A stretch of DNA of 64,000 bases from the IMG/VR virus record IMGVR_UViG_3300045988_101799; one strand, 5' to 3'. The notes below the pieces were generated by a model. The model saw only the letters and a list, made by a program, of their open reading frames with translations. It did no database searches and was not told the origin of the DNA. How positions within the stretch are numbered: position 1 is the first letter of the stretch; each line of letters starts with the position of its first letter. Positions 9,021 through 20,900 of the stretch are shown piece after piece. This stretch comes from a virus. The translations under genes and the position numbers were made by a program.

Positions 9021-9636
9021 ATCAGTAATAGATAAACAGGTTGAGGCCGCAGAGATAATGGGTCGTATCTGCTATAAAAGCGAACCGAAGGGCGACCCCA
9101 TTGCGTTTCTCTCCCGTATCATTAACCGCGGACATGAAAGTGTCATCGAGCATATCAATATTCCCGCAGTCCTCCTGACGGACAGGGCAGTTACCCACCA
9201 GCTTGTCCGTCATCGTCACATGAGCGTGAGCATGGAGAGCCAGAGGTTCGTCAACTACTCCCGGAAGGGAACCATTTGCTTCACTCGTCCGCAGTTCTTT
9301 AGCGACGAGAAGGTTGACCCGAAGACCATTGAAGAGTTTAAGGATACCTGCCAGAACCTTGCGGAGAAGTACGTGGAACTTATCCAAGGGGGACTGCCTC
9401 CCGAGGAGGCGCGGGGATTGCTTCCGAACTGCACGGCTACGGTGATTGGCGTGACTGCTAACCTCCGCGAGTGGAGGCACATCTTCCGTATGCGACTAGA
9501 CGGTGCGGCCCAGCCGCAAATCCGTGCGCTCCTTCTGGCCCTCCGGCAAAAGATGGAATTGAAGTATGACCTCGCATGGGCATTCAAGGACATCCCAGTT
9601 GATACTAACCGACTTCATTCCGTTCCAGAACTATGA
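8974..9636 (+). CDS. thyX: flavin-dependent thymidylate synthase ThyX
   Basis: ThyX signature RHRxxSxxxxSxR (VRHRHMSVSMESQRF), with QLVRH and RxxR motifs upstream. The start is ambiguous between ATG 8974 and ATG 9058. Confidence 0.85.
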   Translation: MNVLWINQEVTLPLTKSVIDKQVEAAEIMGRICYKSEPKGDPIAFLSRIINRGHESVIEHINIPAVLLTDRAVTHQLVRHRHMSVSMESQRFVNYSRKGTICFTRPQFFSDEKVDPKTIEEFKDTCQNLAEKYVELIQGGLPPEEARGLLPNCTATVIGVTANLREWRHIFRMRLDGAAQPQIRALLLALRQKMELKYDLAWAFKDIPVDTNRLHSVPEL

Positions 9637-10238
9637 GCCGTATCAGTCTCAAGAAGTATCGGGAACAGATGGAAGCCGATATGAAGGCCAATCGCCTAAA
9701 GCGTCGAAGAGGAAAGTTCAAGTGCAAGAAATATAAAGGAAAATTTTACTGGTATCGAGATAGTCCCGCGGAGCAAAGGAAGTTCTTGAGGGAGACAAAA
9801 GCTAACAAGCTTCGGTCTCGCATCATGCCTGAACATAAGCAACTTATCCATGCCTCTCTCCGGTCGAAGAAACAACTGACCGAGGAACAACTAACCTATG
9901 GTCGCATCCTTGCGTCCAATAAAATATCTACTGGTGCAGTTGGAGAAACTACCCCAGATGAAACCCCTAGCTGGATTAAGGGGGACAACTCCTTTTTCTT
10001 CCAGTTTAAATTTCATGGCTATTTCATCAAAGGTATAGTCCCCGTGGCTCTTGTTGGAAGTTCCTCTGCGGTTCTGGAAATATGCAGGAAGGCGTACAAG
10101 TTCGCACGGAGAATTACAAGGAAGTGGACAGTCAAAGAAGGATGTTTAACTCTACCCTCTCCCCGCCTCTTCGTCATAGCCAAGATGTCTATTCGCAAAT
10201 ATATCAACAAACAAATTTACAAGCACCTCACCAAATAA
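9633..10238 (+). CDS. hypothetical basic protein
   Basis: 201-aa Lys/Arg-rich ORF; ATGA overlap with thyX. Confidence 0.45.
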   Translation: MSRISLKKYREQMEADMKANRLKRRRGKFKCKKYKGKFYWYRDSPAEQRKFLRETKANKLRSRIMPEHKQLIHASLRSKKQLTEEQLTYGRILASNKISTGAVGETTPDETPSWIKGDNSFFFQFKFHGYFIKGIVPVALVGSSSAVLEICRKAYKFARRITRKWTVKEGCLTLPSPRLFVIAKMSIRKYINKQIYKHLTK

Positions 10239-10239
10239 C

Positions 10240-10746
10240 ATGCACGCTCACGAAGCAATCAACGCAATCGTTTCAACCAAGGTAAACTCACAGGCTTTCC
10301 CCGACCTGCCGGAAGGAAAGGAATCCATGAACGATGCCGTCAACCACCCGAAGCATTACACCTCCCACCCCAGCGGAATCGAGACCATAGAAATTACTGG
10401 CAAGCTTCCCTTCGCATTAGGGAACGCCGTCAAGTATTTGATGCGGTCACAGTACAAGAAGAACCGTATTGAAGACCTCAAGAAAGCACGATGGTATTTG
10501 GAGTACCACGCTAAGCACTGGTCCAAGGTGTTCGAAACGTTTGACCTTTACCTTATCCTTGAACAGTTCAGGCGTACAGTCATGAGCCATAGCTACCAAC
10601 GTAGTCCCGAAGATTCCATTCTGGTACAGCTCTTCTATATCTGGGCGCATGATAAGTTGGTTGAGGTAAACCCCGCATCAGAATTGCAACGATGTATCGG
10701 AGAGATTACCCAGCTAATAGAATCCCTCGAAGCGAAACAGAACTAA
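10240..10746 (+). CDS. DUF3310-like phage protein
   Basis: NHPKHYTSHPSGIETIEI and KY..R..YK resemble the HPSHY/IE..E core of DUF3310 phage proteins (recalled from memory, not searched). Confidence 0.45.
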   Translation: MHAHEAINAIVSTKVNSQAFPDLPEGKESMNDAVNHPKHYTSHPSGIETIEITGKLPFALGNAVKYLMRSQYKKNRIEDLKKARWYLEYHAKHWSKVFETFDLYLILEQFRRTVMSHSYQRSPEDSILVQLFYIWAHDKLVEVNPASELQRCIGEITQLIESLEAKQN

Positions 10747-10751
10747 AACAA

Positions 10752-10785
10752 AAACCCCGGAAGATATTTCCTTCCGGGGTTTTCG
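10752..10785. terminator. bidirectional rho-independent terminator at the point where the two strands converge
   Basis: AAAACCCCGGAAG-atatttc-CTTCCGGGGTTTT. GC stem of ~10 bp flanked by an A-tract and a T-tract, so it works in both directions. Lies between the last plus-strand gene and the last minus-strand gene. Confidence 0.7.
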
Positions 10786-10869
10786 CTTAGAACCCAAACA
10801 ACTTACAGTCCAAACAGAATGATGTCGTTGCGGATTCTTTATACCATGCAGTACCTATGATGTCAATAC

Positions 10870-11250
10870 CTAACTGACAGGAACTTCGTTTTTCTCAATG
10901 CTCGCCATCAGTTCGGCGAGCTTTTTCTTTTTGGTTTCGAGTTGTTGTTCGAGCCTCTCTATCTCTTTGACGTAATCATGGCACGCATGCTTGGCCGCGT
11001 CCTGATAGGTGAGGAAGACAGTGTGGTTGAGATAGCCATTATCTATGGTTCTGAATCGGTGGTTGATGTATTCGATTCTGACACGAGAAACGAAACATTC
11101 GAAGGCGACATCAGATACTTCAACGGCTCTCACTGTGGGCATGCCACCGCAATGTACGTTAATGTACACCGTGCATCCCTTATAAAGGGGGAGCTTGTTA
11201 GCTTCTTCTGCTGTGAATATTGAGTTCATACGGAGGGAAGTATGTATCAA
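10870..11250 (-). CDS. hypothetical protein with a coiled-coil C-terminus
   Basis: 126-aa ORF. Ends EIERLEQQLETKKKKLAELMASIEK. TAG stop. Confidence 0.45.
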   Translation of the reverse strand: MIHTSLRMNSIFTAEEANKLPLYKGCTVYINVHCGGMPTVRAVEVSDVAFECFVSRVRIEYINHRFRTIDNGYLNHTVFLTYQDAAKHACHDYVKEIERLEQQLETKKKKLAELMASIEKNEVPVS

Positions 11251-11269
11251 CTTGAAATAATGTCAAGGA

Positions 11270-11875
11270 CTATTTTAGCCAGCAGTCAGATTCAATATCG
11301 AAGTGAGCCTTTACTGATAGGTCGCAACCACATAAGGTACAATAGAGAGGGGCCTTCCCGTTGGTCAGGTCCGCAAGCCCGGAAATTTTTTCCTTGAGGA
11401 ATTTGCGGCCAGCTCCTTCGGCACCGCAGGTAGCGCACCCCTGTTTCTCTAAATCCGGGGGAGGCGTAGAGGTAGCATAAGGACAGGAGGCGCAGATAGC
11501 ATAGCGGCGGCGAGCTTCTGCCTCATCTACAAACCTGTGTCCCCGTCGATACCAGAGAACCATAGTACCGAAGAAGGCCAATATCTTCTTGGCACTCATG
11601 GGTTCATACTCCTTCCATTCAATTCCCTTATCCCCGCAGGTGGTGCAGTACTGGGGAGGGAGAGAAGCGCAAAGCTCGGATTCAAAGAGCGCAACCTGAA
11701 AGGGTTCTCCGTTATTCATGAAGAGGCGTGCGACGGATTTGCGGAGTTGTTCCAGTGAACCCGCGGAAACCTTGGTTCCCTTGAGCCTGACACTCATGGA
11801 TTCAGGGACAATAAACTTCCAGCCTCCCGGAGGGGTGGCCATAATATGATTGGGTACTATACGAAAAGAGGGCAT
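11270..11875 (-). CDS. cysteine-rich hypothetical protein
   Basis: 201-aa ORF with CTTCGD, CASCPY, CATCG and CTLCGC pairs. It is in the same frame as the giant ORF; only the TAG at 11927-11929 separates them. Its own stop is also TAG. Confidence 0.5.
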   Translation of the reverse strand: MPSFRIVPNHIMATPPGGWKFIVPESMSVRLKGTKVSAGSLEQLRKSVARLFMNNGEPFQVALFESELCASLPPQYCTTCGDKGIEWKEYEPMSAKKILAFFGTMVLWYRRGHRFVDEAEARRRYAICASCPYATSTPPPDLEKQGCATCGAEGAGRKFLKEKISGLADLTNGKAPLYCTLCGCDLSVKAHFDIESDCWLK

Positions 11876-11926
11876 GGGAGAATTATATCTCCCATGCCCC
11901 CGAAGGTCAAGGATATAAACAGAGGA

Positions 11927-14900
11927 CTACTGCTTCATCCGATTATGAATTTCCTCCGCACTCAATGCCCCATCAATCTGAATGCTACCCTTCCTCATGA
12001 GGTTGATAATGAGTTTCTTCTGCTCTTCGATTAGGCGTTTGCCCTCGTCCGTGGTATTAGACTTCTGCAATTCGCGGTTGAGCTTCGCGATAGCCTCACG
12101 TCCTGCTTGCGGGCTGATGATGTAGGGCATGATGCCTTTCATGGCCGCGCCGTAGGTCTTGGCACTCATACCGGAAGTCTCAATCGCGGAAGCCAGAACT
12201 TCCTTCCGCAGAGCGGGGTCAAGCATGTTTGTAATTTCCGTAACAAACCGGACACTATTGACTAGCTTGGTGAAATTCTTCACGGCATCCGCGGTTTCCA
12301 CGGCTTCCATGAGTTCCACATCCACCCCGGATTCCATTCTCTTGTAGAAGTCCGGACGAAGAACGCTCGTTCGCTTTGACTTAGTGACTGCCGCGTTGGC
12401 ATTCTTTAACCCGGCGGCAAGGGCTTCGGTCAAATCCTTCGGACGACGGAGGCCCGCACCCAAGGACTGTAACCCGTATGCCGCGGCACTCATGTCAGGT
12501 GTATCGCTAAACGCTTGTTTACCTGACTTGACTGCCCAGCCGTAGAAGGGAATCTTTTTATTGGCAACCGTCGCGAATCGTTCAAGGACTTGCCATGTAT
12601 GTCCACTGCCGAACGAGGGGTTCAGCCCTGCGGCCAACAGGATTGCGTTGCCGACTGCCGGGAGAACGTTGACGCTTTCATCACCGGAGAGGCTATGCTT
12701 GTAATTGAAGTCTTCCTCATTAAACAATTCAGAAGCGGCATTCAGAAGGAGGGATTCTTCAAGCACCGTATTTTCCAGCAGGTTTTTCAGTTCGGCAACC
12801 TTGTTCATCCCCCACTTGTCCACATCCATATCCATGAAGAGGCTGGGCAGGGTTTTGGCTAACACCTTGATGGTCTTGAACGGGTTCATGTATTCAAGGT
12901 TCAAATACTCGAACTCATGTCGCTTCATATCTATGATGCCAATCAAGTCCCCGAACTTATCGTAGTCTGGAATTAGACCACTGTCTGCCAGCTTCCTCAT
13001 GACTTCCGCGTCGTCAATGATTTTACGGTCATCGTCATCTCCCAAGACACTGGTGATAATCTGTCGGGCAACCCAGGAAGAGACCGCAGAGGTTGCAGAA
13101 ATAGTTCCTACGGAACCAGCGATGCGAACGAAAGCGCGTCCCAAGAGGTAAGCCCCCTCCTTCTTCATGCCGTTATTGATAGCCCACACACCATCTACCC
13201 CTTCGCCTATGGCGTGGCCAAGGTTGTAGACTACAGACTGGGCGGTATGGTACTGGAACATGAAGAACGGAGCCGCAACTATATTCAGGGTTTTCACCCA
13301 CGAAGGAGTACGTGAACCCGTGGGGAGCAAGCTCTTCACCATGTGGGCAGTATACCTATCCACATACGCATTCCAACTCTGGGTAGTCTGGCTCGCGTCA
13401 ATGAGTATCTGGTCCCGTGCATTGGGGGTGTCCTTGCCCATCGCCCGTGCCAGTTGTACCTTTAATTGGGTATCGGCAATCGCTCTCTGGTTAGTGAAGA
13501 GAACAATCTTGGCCGCCGCGTCCGGCAAGCCATAGGCGAAGGACATCGTTTTGATGGGCCATGCTACGACTTTGCCCGCCATCTTGGCGGCATCCTTAGC
13601 CACCTCGCCCTTCGTCCGTTCCTGTTTCTCGTTCAGAGCTTCGGCCAGTTTGAAGAAGGAATCCTCATTCACTTCTTCAAATTCTCCTGCCATCTTACTG
13701 AACTCGTCAGACTTCCAGACGTTGCGCAGGAACTCCCCTTGACCTGCGTCCAGCAGACCAAGCTCTTGCCAGTAGCGAATCTTCTCGTTGTACCTGTCTT
13801 CCGCGGCCAGCAGTCTATCCGCGGAAGCCTGTGAAGCAAGGTCCCTGCCCTGTGATAGCCACCATAGCTTACGCAACTGGACCCAGTCCCCGACAAGGTT
13901 TGCGATGTCTTTACTCCCCGTGAATGGAAGTGCACCCGCATGGGTCATTTGAGCTACTGTACCATATAAGTTACGTAACGTGGAATTAGGACTCGCTATT
14001 AAGACAGAAAGGTTAGCCAAGCCACCCGCCTTACTCCACCATTCTTGACCCTTGCCGGACTTCTGCCAGTACTTGCGCACCTTCTTATAGTCGTCCGTCC
14101 TGCTATTCAGGATGTCGTCGCTCGGTCTGTAGATGCGGTAGATGGCATCGGCTACATCCTTGTCGGCGTACATTCCGTTCAACGCATTCTTCGTATTCTT
14201 CAAGGAGATTTCCACCATGTCCGAAGTACGGTTCGTGGAATTCGGGGGTACGACCACACCCTGTGCCTTGAGCACGGAGGTATACTCGTCAGCAAGCAAC
14301 TGGTTCACGGCAATCTTCGACTGCATGGATAGGGTATTCTGTAACGTCCCAATGGCATCCCCAATGGTGAGGTCGCTAAGTTCATACATAGCTTTCCTCT
14401 GCCATTCGGGCAAGCGTTTCCGCTGGGCCAGCGCATCTTCATTCGTCCTCTTCTTGGACAGAACTTCGTCAATGGCCTTCATGGCATCGTTCACCGCAAG
14501 ACGGGAGAGTTCCGGATATTGCAACACTTTCAAGTCGGTAGCGGAGATGACGTTGCCCATATTGTTCGCCCCCATGAGAATGCCCGCCTGACCGCGAAGA
14601 AGATTGAGCGTCTTGTCCAGTCGTTCTGCGGCATTCATATTCGGAGCGTTCCATATCTGGTCAATGGCCGAAGTCGGGATAGTGGGGATGACCTTGTTCA
14701 CTTCGGAAGCCACGGATGCCGGGGAATCAAGACTGCCGATTTTGTCCGCAATCGTTTTTCCCGGAAGGTCGGAGAAGACTTCGGCGAGGAAACTATCTCT
14801 GGCTTTCATGTCCAGAGTTTCCTTCGTCTCTGTCATCTTTGACTTCGTGTGATAGTCTGCCTGTGCTATCATGCTCATGGCCTTATCATATATGGCACTG

Positions 14901-17900
14901 ATGTTGTGGCCGTCCCTCAAATCTGCAAGCATTTGAACCGCGCCGAAGTTGTTCTGAATGAAGTCAAGAATTTCCCGGTTCCTGTAGTTCTTGGCTACAC
15001 CTTCGAACAGGAGTTTATAATTCGCAGAGGCTCCCGTGGGAGCTGACACCAGCGGAAGTTTCAACTCGTCGTGGAGCGCGGCCAATGCCTGCATGTTGTC
15101 CAGCACTTGGCTTACGTTTTCGGATAGTTCTCTCTGGTGCGCTTCGGCATGAGAGATTGCGGCTTCCTGCAACAGTTTCGTCAGACCGTCGTATTTCTGC
15201 GCCAGTTCTCCGTTGGGGTTTGCGATGATGTCCTTCATCGTCCGGGTGAAGTCTCCGGCATGGCGTCCTACGGCCATGTAGGTGCGATGAAGATAATTCA
15301 TCTCCGCGGCGTTGTCAGCCATACGGCTATCTCCAATGAGCTTGGCAATAGAGATTTGCGTTGCGGCAATTTCTTTACGGGAATCGGCGATGACATTGTG
15401 GACCAGTTGACCTACAACCCCTTGTGACAGAAGCCACTGTTCAGCGGCATCCCGCTTAGCCATATACTCCGCTTGTTTTTGACGGCGTGCATTGAGGATA
15501 GCGTTGTCCCGTTTCAGCCACACGGAACCAGCAGGGGTAGCTACGCCAGCGCGAGTTACACCCGCCTTCTTTGTTGCGGCGTAGAAATCCTCCTTGGCTT
15601 CCCGGATGATTTGTTTAGCTTCGGCCCGTGCCTTAGCGATGTCCTGAATCATAGGAGCGACGGCGGGATGGTTTGTACTCTCCGCATAGAGGAAGTCATT
15701 GCGAAGGTTGGACCACCTGTCCAGAAGTTCATCCATAGAGAAGGGACTATCCGCTTCGTTAATCATATCCGCGAGATAGTTTTGCGTGTCGCGGGCAAGA
15801 CCGAAGTAGGCAGTTTCCAGATTGGCATCCCCCGTCGCGGAGATACGAGAGCCGAGGTCGGAGAGCGATTTGTGAATCTGCTGGGAGAGCATGGGGAGAG
15901 CTACCTGCTTGTCCAGCATGGCACCATATCCCTTGCCGCTCATGTCTTTAATCCGGCGCATCATGTCGTTGATTTCCAATCGCCCTTCACTATTAAGCGC
16001 AAGGGAGTTAGCCAGACGCACCGCTTCCGCGTGCCTATTGACGGCATCGGTGACGGTCTTCTTAGCCAACGCGATACGGAAGTCGCGGGTCTGTTCATGC
16101 TGACGAACTTCTGCTTGAGCCTCTGCGTTAATGCGTGCAACAGTTTCAGGGTCAATATCGTTGTCCATATTCCCCGACATGTCAAGAATGGACTTGCTCC
16201 ATTTCTTTCGCGTAGCGGCATCCCAGCCCAGATTATCCGCACGGCGTTGAAGCATATCGCCGATTTTGTCAATGCGTTTAATACTACGTTCGTATGCCGC
16301 ATTCACGTTGGCCATTTGTTCCAGCACAACCAGCTTCTGTTCCTCGGACTTAACATTGATGCCAGCCTTGTCCCAGTTCTTGGTTACACCCAGCCATCCG
16401 TTCTTAATACTAGTCACCCAGTTCCCGGCATTCGTGCCAATGATTTCTGCGCCAAGGCCGAAGGACAGTCTCCGGGTCATGTCAGTCTCATAGGCCATCG
16501 GGTTAAAATAATCTACCCCGTTGCCCATAGTATAATCCGTATCGTCTACCTTCCATGACGGAGTGCGAGGCATATCGAACCACTTGCCGGGGGTCATGTC
16601 CGCGACGCGGGCCACATAGGAATCCCATTCAGCCACGCGTTCTGCGGCGGTGGTTCCGTCCATATCGTCCGCAGTTTGTCGCACGTCCCTAATCAAATCC
16701 TTAAGCCATTCGACGAGGCGCACATGAATAGGCTTCCGGCCTCCCGCCGCTTCGGCATAGCGAGCCAAATCCGTGATGGTGATATTGTCTCCACTAGCTT
16801 CCGCTACCATGAAGTTCATGACAGGATTGGAGAACGCGACACTGGCAAATTCGTCCGGGCCGCGGAGACCGTAGTTGAGGTCGGAAGCGAGCGCGGCGAT
16901 GGCATTCATCTCATTGATGTCCACGCTAGCGTCATACATAGCGGAGAGACTATCAACAATATTGTTGTAGTTCTCTGCAATCGCGCTTCTAATCTTATCC
17001 ATCCGCTGGGAATAGTCCGTGTTGGTGGTACGAAGATGACGGTCAATGAGGTGGATGACTTCGTGTAGTACCGTTCCCGTTACGCTTTCAATCGCATTGT
17101 CCCGGTTCACGTACAGGTCAATGACACCGCCGACAAGCTTCCCGTCCGTGCCGTTCATGTAGGTGATACTGGCGGGGGAAGAGATGTTCGCCGGAGCATT
17201 GGTTGCACGGATAGCAACATCCAAACCAGCGGCATGCAGTGCGCGGAGCACTCCATCAATGGCCGCGGCCTGTGCGGGAGAAGCATTAACTTGAAGGTCC
17301 GAAAGGATGCCGTAGGCATTTGCGCCAGTCCCATCCGTCGGGAGATTGAGAGCGGAGACCTTGTCTCCCCACTTGGTGCTAGGTGTCCCTCCCTCACCTG
17401 CGTTGTACATGCTTGCGTGCGGAGCGATGACAATGGTTTCTCCCGTGTTGCTGGTAATCATGGGGGCGTTAATCCCGGTCATCTCGTTCAGGGAGACGAG
17501 CTTCGCGCCGCGCTCCAATGGCGTACCATAGGAGAGCCACGCACCAGTATTACTATCGAACGAGGCGATTGCCGCATCCATGTTATCCACGGTTTCCACG
17601 GAACTGGGGGTAACTACTCCCGTCTCTACCATAGCAGTGATGGGGGCAATAGCATTGTCCCTCTCCTTCCGGGCAATAGCTACCGGGGATTCCTTGGGTT
17701 CCGTGGTAGCCGTGGTAGCCGGGGATTCCGTGGTAGCCGCGGCTTCCGTCAATCCGTTGATGACGTGAAGAGCGGCGTCGAGGTCTTCATCTCCTGTAGT
17801 AAGGATGGACAGGTCGTCGTCTACTTCGATAACCTGAACCCGGTCTCCCATAGCATCAAGGGCCTCCGAAAGCATGGTTCGCATGGTGTCGAGGTTTTCC

Positions 17901-20900
17901 TTATTTGGGAATGACAGGGTATTGGGCAAGTCGTTAATGGCTTCTGCCATGAAGGAGCTTGCCGCGGCACTGCCCTCATAGGTATGTATTTCGGAGGCCC
18001 GTTCAACTAGGTTGCGGAACTGGGTGAAGTTGCTGATACCCATACGGACTGCGCCATCCACCCATGCCTTGCGGGTTTCGTCGGAGACAACTAGACTTTC
18101 ATGGGCAATGGATTTGTCCACCCATTCGCGGGCAACTTCCGCGGCATCCCCCTTCTCCCCGGCAATCTCGATAACCTTCTTTCCGGTTTCTACCAAGCTT
18201 TCCGGCACATTGTTTTTGGTAATGGCTTTGCCCGTTTCCTCGATGATGTTGCTCGCATCTTTCGTAATATCCGGTAGCATGGAAGTAGCATCCTTTACAT
18301 CGAGAGTGGGGGCGGCTTCGGTTTGGAAACGTATGTTCCCCTCACCAGCTAAGTGGCTACCAACGTAGCCGCCGATACCTCCGAGGAAAGCAATCTTCAT
18401 AGCCCCACTAATCACTTGGTCAGTAGTGGCAATAGAAGATTCGGAGATTTCTCCGTTCTTCACCAGTTCGGTAAATGCCCATTCTTGGAATTCGTCTGTC
18501 AGTTCTTCGGTGGCTCCTTCCACTACGGCCTTGCTCGTGCTGTACAGATAGGAAGCAACGGCAAACGTCTTTTCCTTCGTGTTCATCTCCTTAAATGGCT
18601 TGCTTCTCCATCCGGCCATCTTCCGTTCAAGAGTTTGGAATGGAGATTGACCGCGAAGGTTTTTAGCCCCAACAATCTTACGCATGTAGGAATCCATACC
18701 TGCGCGGTTGTTGATGAGAGTACTACCAGTAGATACGAGAGCCGCACCAAAGAGGGCACGCATGTTGGCAATGCTCTGTGCCCTGTTCGTGTTCTCGGCA
18801 GTCGGTTCCTTCCCTTCCATCTCCCTATCATAAATGGTATAGAAGATGTCGGAGTAAGCATTCGGTGCAACCTGCGAGATGATGCTAAGATTTACCCCAG
18901 CTCCGGCTCCTGCCCGTTCGAGGTTCAACGCCGCAAGGTTGTCGAGGTTGCGCTGAATAGTTCCACTCAAACGTCCCGCCAATCCCGGACGGGCGGCAGG
19001 GACAAGAGCTTCGGCCCGCTTCGCTACGACGTTAGCCGTTGCCTTCGCGAACCGCGATAGCGCGGTACGTTCCAGTGCACGGCCAGCGAGGCCGCCAACT
19101 TTACCAGCTCCCGCGGTCGCTACCATTTGGTAGCCGAGGTTAGCGATTTCCGCAGTATAGTCCGCAAGGATATTGCCTCGAACAAGTTCAGCTTCCGCTT
19201 CCTGTTTTTTGTTCAGCTGGTCCCAGAGGGTGCGGGTATGTTCCATCGCCGCACGACTGCCAACTGCATTCTGTGCAAAGAGAAGAGCACCATAGGCGGT
19301 ACTTGTCCCAAGGTCGATTGCCTTGTGCGTACCTATCTGTAACCCGCGGAGAACAGAGTTGATGGTGTCTTGCCCTTTCTCCTGCCATGCGGAGAGGATG
19401 TCCTCGTCGCTCTTGCCCGCTTCCTTCTGTTCGTTGTAAAAATTCTTGAAGGAAAGGTGCTTGTCCAGATGCTTCATGGATTCAGTCAAGATAGGGTTGA
19501 ACTGCAAGCCGGAGCCAAGCCACGTATCGCGAAGCGTCCCCAGCGTCTCGTCCAATGCAATGTTGTCCTTCACAAGTTCCTGTGCGGATTTCTTGCGGAG
19601 GTTCTGGAACTTCTCAATGGTGCGATTGATGAGACCTTCGTCCGCGCCACTAGCACGGAGAGCCTCTATGCTCTGGTCCATCAGCTTATCATTGTAGAGA
19701 GCATTGGGGTTCAGTTCGAGTGTGGCGTTCGTATCAACTTCCTTGGTGTGCGGGTTGTACGCAAAGAGACTGCCACGGCCAACACCCAAGTCACCCATAC
19801 GTGCGGCATGGGAGAGGGAGTTAAGGGCATCGCGAGTACTTTCAATATGGTACTGGGCCATGTATTCCTTCAACTGTTCGGGACCTACTTCAAAGGATGG
19901 GCCGCCCGGCACGCCATACTGCCATGAGCCACGCTTCGTTCCCTTCCCCCATTCCATCAAGCTCATTGGGTCAGCGGTCTTACCCACACTATTATCCGGC
20001 TGGAAGGTAAGTACGTCCGCAATTTGTCCCGCCGTGCTTCGGTAGTTAGCCATTGCGCCTTTGACTGCATCCATGAGGGTGCCTCTCGGTGTAGCTTTGG
20101 CGGTATAGTCCTGAATCAGTTTGGTTACTCCCGCTTGACGCAGGGCGGATTTTGGAACCCCCGGAAACCTTGTGGCCACGGCTTCCAGTATAGCCTCACT
20201 CATGCCAATCTGTTCGGGGTTTTCGACGGTCAGAGGGCGGTCCTTCTGGCGGTGAACTTCCTCGGCAATGACCTTTGCCCGTGCACGTATTGCGTCCATG
20301 TCAGCACCGGGGACTAAAGACAGAAGGGCAGAGGCCGCGGCCTCTGGATTGAGAAGCGCGTCGCGAAGTTCGAGATAGGGAAGGCCAGTGTAGTCCTCTT
20401 CGAGGCGTCTTACGATTTTGTCTGCGGCTTCTATCTGTTCACGAATCCTATCATCAACAGGTTTTTCTTTTTTTGAAATGAGTTTTGCTTGGTCTGTATG
20501 GAGTTGTTTCGCATACGCTGTAGCAGATTCCGGGGATTTAATATCTTCCGTACTCCGGGAAAGGTAATCCCCGTAGTCGCGGACAAGCTGGAACATTTTG
20601 CTGGGAGACTTGGAAAGGTTGGCGAGTTCAGCAAAAACATTCCCAGTAAATGAAGGTGCTGAATCAGAGAATTCGCCAACGCCAAGCTCCCCCACGCTCG
20701 TTTGGCTGGGAGTTTTCTTCTGCACGCCCTCCGTCGAAGAAGAGCGGTGTTTGTCGTAAAGAGCCTTAGCGGCACGATAGTTGCCAATGTCTTCGCGCCT
20801 AATCGTATTGATGACGCTTTCTATTTCTTCTGCGGTGTAAGCAATAGGTGCGGTCTCGATGGCTTGTGCCGTAGGTTTACCTGTTCCAACATCTAGATTC

